A DNA stretch of 64,000 nucleotides from Peribolospora baueri (taxonomy: Eukaryota). The position numbers were made by a program, and so were the translations under genes. Within the stretch, counting starts at the first letter, position 1, and every line of letters begins with the position of its first letter. Shown one piece after another: positions 60,848 through 64,000 of this stretch. The notes below the pieces were generated by a model. The model saw only the letters and a program-made list of their open reading frames with translations. It was not told the DNA's origin and made no database searches. The DNA is taken from the NCBI GenBank assembly GCA_029717555.1, contig JAMDHS010000020.1:124001-188000 (forward strand). Direction: 5' to 3'.

Positions 60848-62098
60848 TGTCATGGTACGCGGTACCGGTTTTACCCCCTTGCAACCTCTCCCCGTCGTGC
60901 GGCACCTTTCCGGTTGCGCCGATCCTACATACCAACTGCTGTCCTCGTCAGGGCGGACGGACGGTGGGACCTATCATGCGCGCATCTGTTCTGTGCGTCT
61001 CGTCTCTTTCGCCCTTTGTCCGTCCGTGCGTCTGCCCGTTCGTTCGCTTGCCTGCTCGCCTCGCCCTCGTCGTTGCCTGCCTCGTCTTGGCGTTCGTCCA
61101 TTCCCCTTTCCTAATTTTGTACCACCACCCGCTGCCACCCCTTCCGGCGACCTTGGTGATGATCCGTAGTTAGTGATCTGTCTTCCCACCTCCATTACCC
61201 TTCCTCTCCTCTTTGTCTTCGTCTCCTTTTTCTGTCGTGGCAAGATGAAACGTGCGATGTCGACGGTCGATGGGTGATGGCTCTAACACAACCTGCCTGC
61301 CTGCCTACCTACCTCCCACGGAAGAGAGGCGTCGGCATTCCGCCGTTTTTTTTCTTCCCCTCTTGCCGGCGTCTTTGTGCACGCTCCTCTTGCGTTTAGG
61401 TCGCCGACCTGTCTGTCGTCATCGTCGGCTCGCCAAAGCGGGCCATGATCGTGATTAGGCTGTTTCGGAACTGGCACTCGTATCTGCGGCGGATCTCTGG
61501 ATCGGCGCGTGCTTGTGGCTTGCGCTTGTGCTTGCCGCACCGTGCGCGAGGTGTCCGTGATCACGTGACGGACGGAACGGCGCGCTCGAGCCACCCCCGG
61601 CTGTGAAGAGGCTTGCGCGCACGATCACTCGTTCTCGCGCGCACGACCATTCGCTCTCGCACACCCGACGACCCATGATCATGCCCTTTGCCCTTTCCTA
61701 TTTGCCATTCGCCCGTCGCCCTTCGCTCTTCTTGGCACGCCAGTCCACTCTTCATCCCTTCCCTTCCCTCTTTGCGCTCTGTCAGCCGGCCGCAGTCTCC
61801 TGCCCTGGCGTTCCCTTTTCCCATGGCTACGAAGATAGGAGAGGCTGATTCACTGATTTGCCCGGATATGGACACGAATGACGGCCTCCTCGGCCCCCAT
61901 TGCTCCTCTTTCCTTGGCCTCGCGGCTGTGCCAGACGAACGAGACTAGACGTCTTCCTCTTTCTCTCAGACCGGATGTCTGTCTGCCTCCTTTCTCTCTC
62001 TGCCCTTCTTCTCTCCCGCGTCCAGGCAGGCGGCGGTCAGTCCAGTCCGCTGAGCCATAAGCAACAGCGCCGCACCCAGGGGGAGCCGTCCTCCTGGG

Positions 62099-62104
62099 TA
62101 TAAA
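62099..62104 (+). promoter_or_regulatory. Putative TATA box of the P-type ATPase gene
   Basis: TATAAA ~190 nt upstream of ATG 62290, followed by a pyrimidine-rich leader. Confidence 0.45.
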
Positions 62105-62289
62105 GACCGATGTGTGGTGCAGAAGGCCGTCTCCTCATCACCCCTTCGTAGCCGCCTCGCTCGCTTCTTTTCATCTCACGTCTTTCACACCCTGCCCCGC
62201 TTTCGCCTCCTAGCTTGACCTGACTTTGGCCCTGGCCTCCGCTCTCAACCACATTCTGCCCTTAAAATTCCGCGGCTTGGTCGCCAAAT

Positions 62290-64000
62290 ATGTCTTGCCC
62301 CCGCGACGTTGAGCAAGGCGAGAACGGACAAAGGTCCGTCTCTGTGGATGGTCGCCGCTCTAGCGATGGTCGGAACGAGGGCCTCGCTTCGCCAGACCTC
62401 ATGGACGACGACAGATATGCGCGCGACGACATGGCGGCTTATGGGTCTGATTCTATCGACGATGATACCAAGACGCGATCCTCGGCGTGCGTCGAGAGAA
62501 CGGAGGACGGCCAGTCAACGATGGAGAAGGAGCTCTTCGAGCGCCTCTCTTGCGCGGACACGGACGACGAAAAGGACTTTGAGCGCTCTCGCGGCCGCCC
62601 CAAAGCTCGCCAGTCCGCTTCGGCCAAGAGAGCCACCTTCCGTCGCCGTCTCGCCCTCGAGCGCTCTAAGCACTTTCCCCACTCTGCCACGTTCCATTCT
62701 CTCCATCGCACGCAGCCGCGCATACCCAATGTCGCCGAAGAGGGCTTTCTCCAGGAGCGTAGACGGCAGCTCGAGCACACCCACAGCTTCGACTCCCGCG
62801 TGCCCGTCGAGCCCAGCGTTCGGATGCCCGTCGAGTTCAGGACGCTCAGCCTCCACGTAGAGGAGACCATCGAACACAAGACGAAGGCTATAGAGAACAA
62901 GAAGAAGAAGAAGAAGGCCAAGGACATCAAGGGTAACGCATCTCGTCTACGCTTGCTCCATCACGATCCGAGCCGCCTCAGGCTCTGACACCGCCTGACC
63001 TTTTCCTTCCTTCCGCTCCTCACTCCACCGTACTCATCTCCCTCTTGCCAGACGTCGCCGATCTCGACTTTCACCGCCTTCCCGCCGACGAGCTCCTTCG
63101 CCGCCTCGGCGTCTCTCCACACACCGGCCTCGACCCGGAACAAGTGAAGCGGAGGATGGACTGCGACGGCAAGAACGTCATCTCGCCTCCGCCCAAACGG
63201 TGGCTGAGGAAGATTGTGGGATGGATCTTTGGAGGGTTCGGAACGCTTCTCCTCGGCGCTTCTGTCATGTGAGCGCGGCCTTTGGTGATATATCCTGGCG
63301 GTGTGCGGCCTTGGTGATGTACCCTGGCGGTGGTGTGAAGACGAATTCATGCGCTTCATTTCCGGTCTCATTTCGTTTCCGCCGTTTTTCTTCCCCTCCG
63401 TCGCCGTCCTCACTTCTAGTTGTTTTCTCACCTGGTGGGTCGCCATCTGGCACAAACCTTGTATGTTTCGACGCGCTTCACACCCTAGGTAACACTTTCT
63501 CCCTCAACACAGGAAACCCCTCGGAGGGCCAAGCCCGCAGCCATCCAACCTCGCCCTCGCCGTTGTGCTCCTCATCGTCGTCCTGTTGCAAACCTTCTTC
63601 AACGCGTACCAAAGCTGGAGCACGAGCAAAGTCATGAGCTCCATCAGGTTCGTCGGCCTCGATTCTGCTCGTCGGAGCGTGCCCCGTGACATGACACGTT
63701 TCTGCTCGATCCCCCCTTCAGCGGCATGCTCCCTTCGACCGTCATCGCCCGCCGCGCCAGCGTTCAGACCGCGGTTCCCTCCGCACAGTTGGTCGTAGGC
63801 GACATCGTCCACATCGCGATGGGTGCCAAAATACCGGCCGACCTGCGCCTGATCGAATGCTCGAACGACCTCCGCTTCGACCGCGCCGTGCTCACTGGGG
63901 AGAGCGAGCCAGTTCCAGGCACTGTCGACGCCACCGATGACAATTTCTTGGAGACCAAGAACATAGCCCTGCAGGCGAGCATGCGGGGTCGAGAGCTAGG
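62290..64000 (+). CDS. P-type cation ATPase, Na+/K+-ATPase-like (fungal ACU type), 3'-truncated by the window
   Basis: PVEFRTLSLHV, DFHRL..GL..GKNVISPP, FGGFGTLL, CFLTWKPLG (via 15-nt exon 63420-63434), FNAYQ, LVVGDIV..G.KIPADLR, DRAVLTGESEPV, LETKNIALQ. Confidence 0.88.

Noticed and set aside
62110..62151. Short uORF MCGAEGRLLITPS before the P-type ATPase
   Set aside because: ATG is only 5 nt after the putative TATA box, so probably upstream of the TSS
1..64000. Transposons, tRNA/rRNA, CRISPR arrays, mating-type genes, secondary-metabolite cluster, TGA-CTA readthrough PTS1
   Set aside because: Looked for by eye and found no supporting motifs; an Rfam, tRNAscan-SE and RepeatModeler run would be needed to exclude them formally

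Overview
Gene-dense, GC-rich, intron-rich fungal DNA, most likely a basidiomycete (GT-AG introns of ~70-260 nt, two DUF6533-type membrane proteins, a TKL/LISK kinase, DMC1). I can reconstruct 23 spliced protein-coding genes by hand. In order: DUF6533-like membrane protein, NAG1, NOP7, Tcp11-domain protein, ABC-class P-loop ATPase (COG3044/MRB1590-like), COX4, ROK1, LAS1, second DUF6533-like protein, peroxisomal alpha/beta hydrolase, DUF4604 protein, BolA, DMC1, Pil1-like BAR protein, LTV1, URA5, PMT2, ABHD12-like hydrolase, eIF3h, LISK kinase, glutamyl-tRNA synthetase, tandem-PH Opy1-like protein and the 5' part of an ACU/Na,K-type P-type ATPase. Most are housekeeping genes in head-to-head pairs. 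I found no convincing tRNA, rRNA, transposon, CRISPR array or biosynthetic cluster. The best lead is the ~15-exon prokaryote-type ABC-ATPase with a possible mitochondrial presequence and Gly/Arg-rich N-terminus. Next are a URA5 uORF whose stop overlaps the main start (TAATG), a hidden 17-nt microexon, and duplicated short motifs in protein tails. Family calls come from recalled motifs, not database searches. Exon boundaries are manual, and CDS coordinates span introns.
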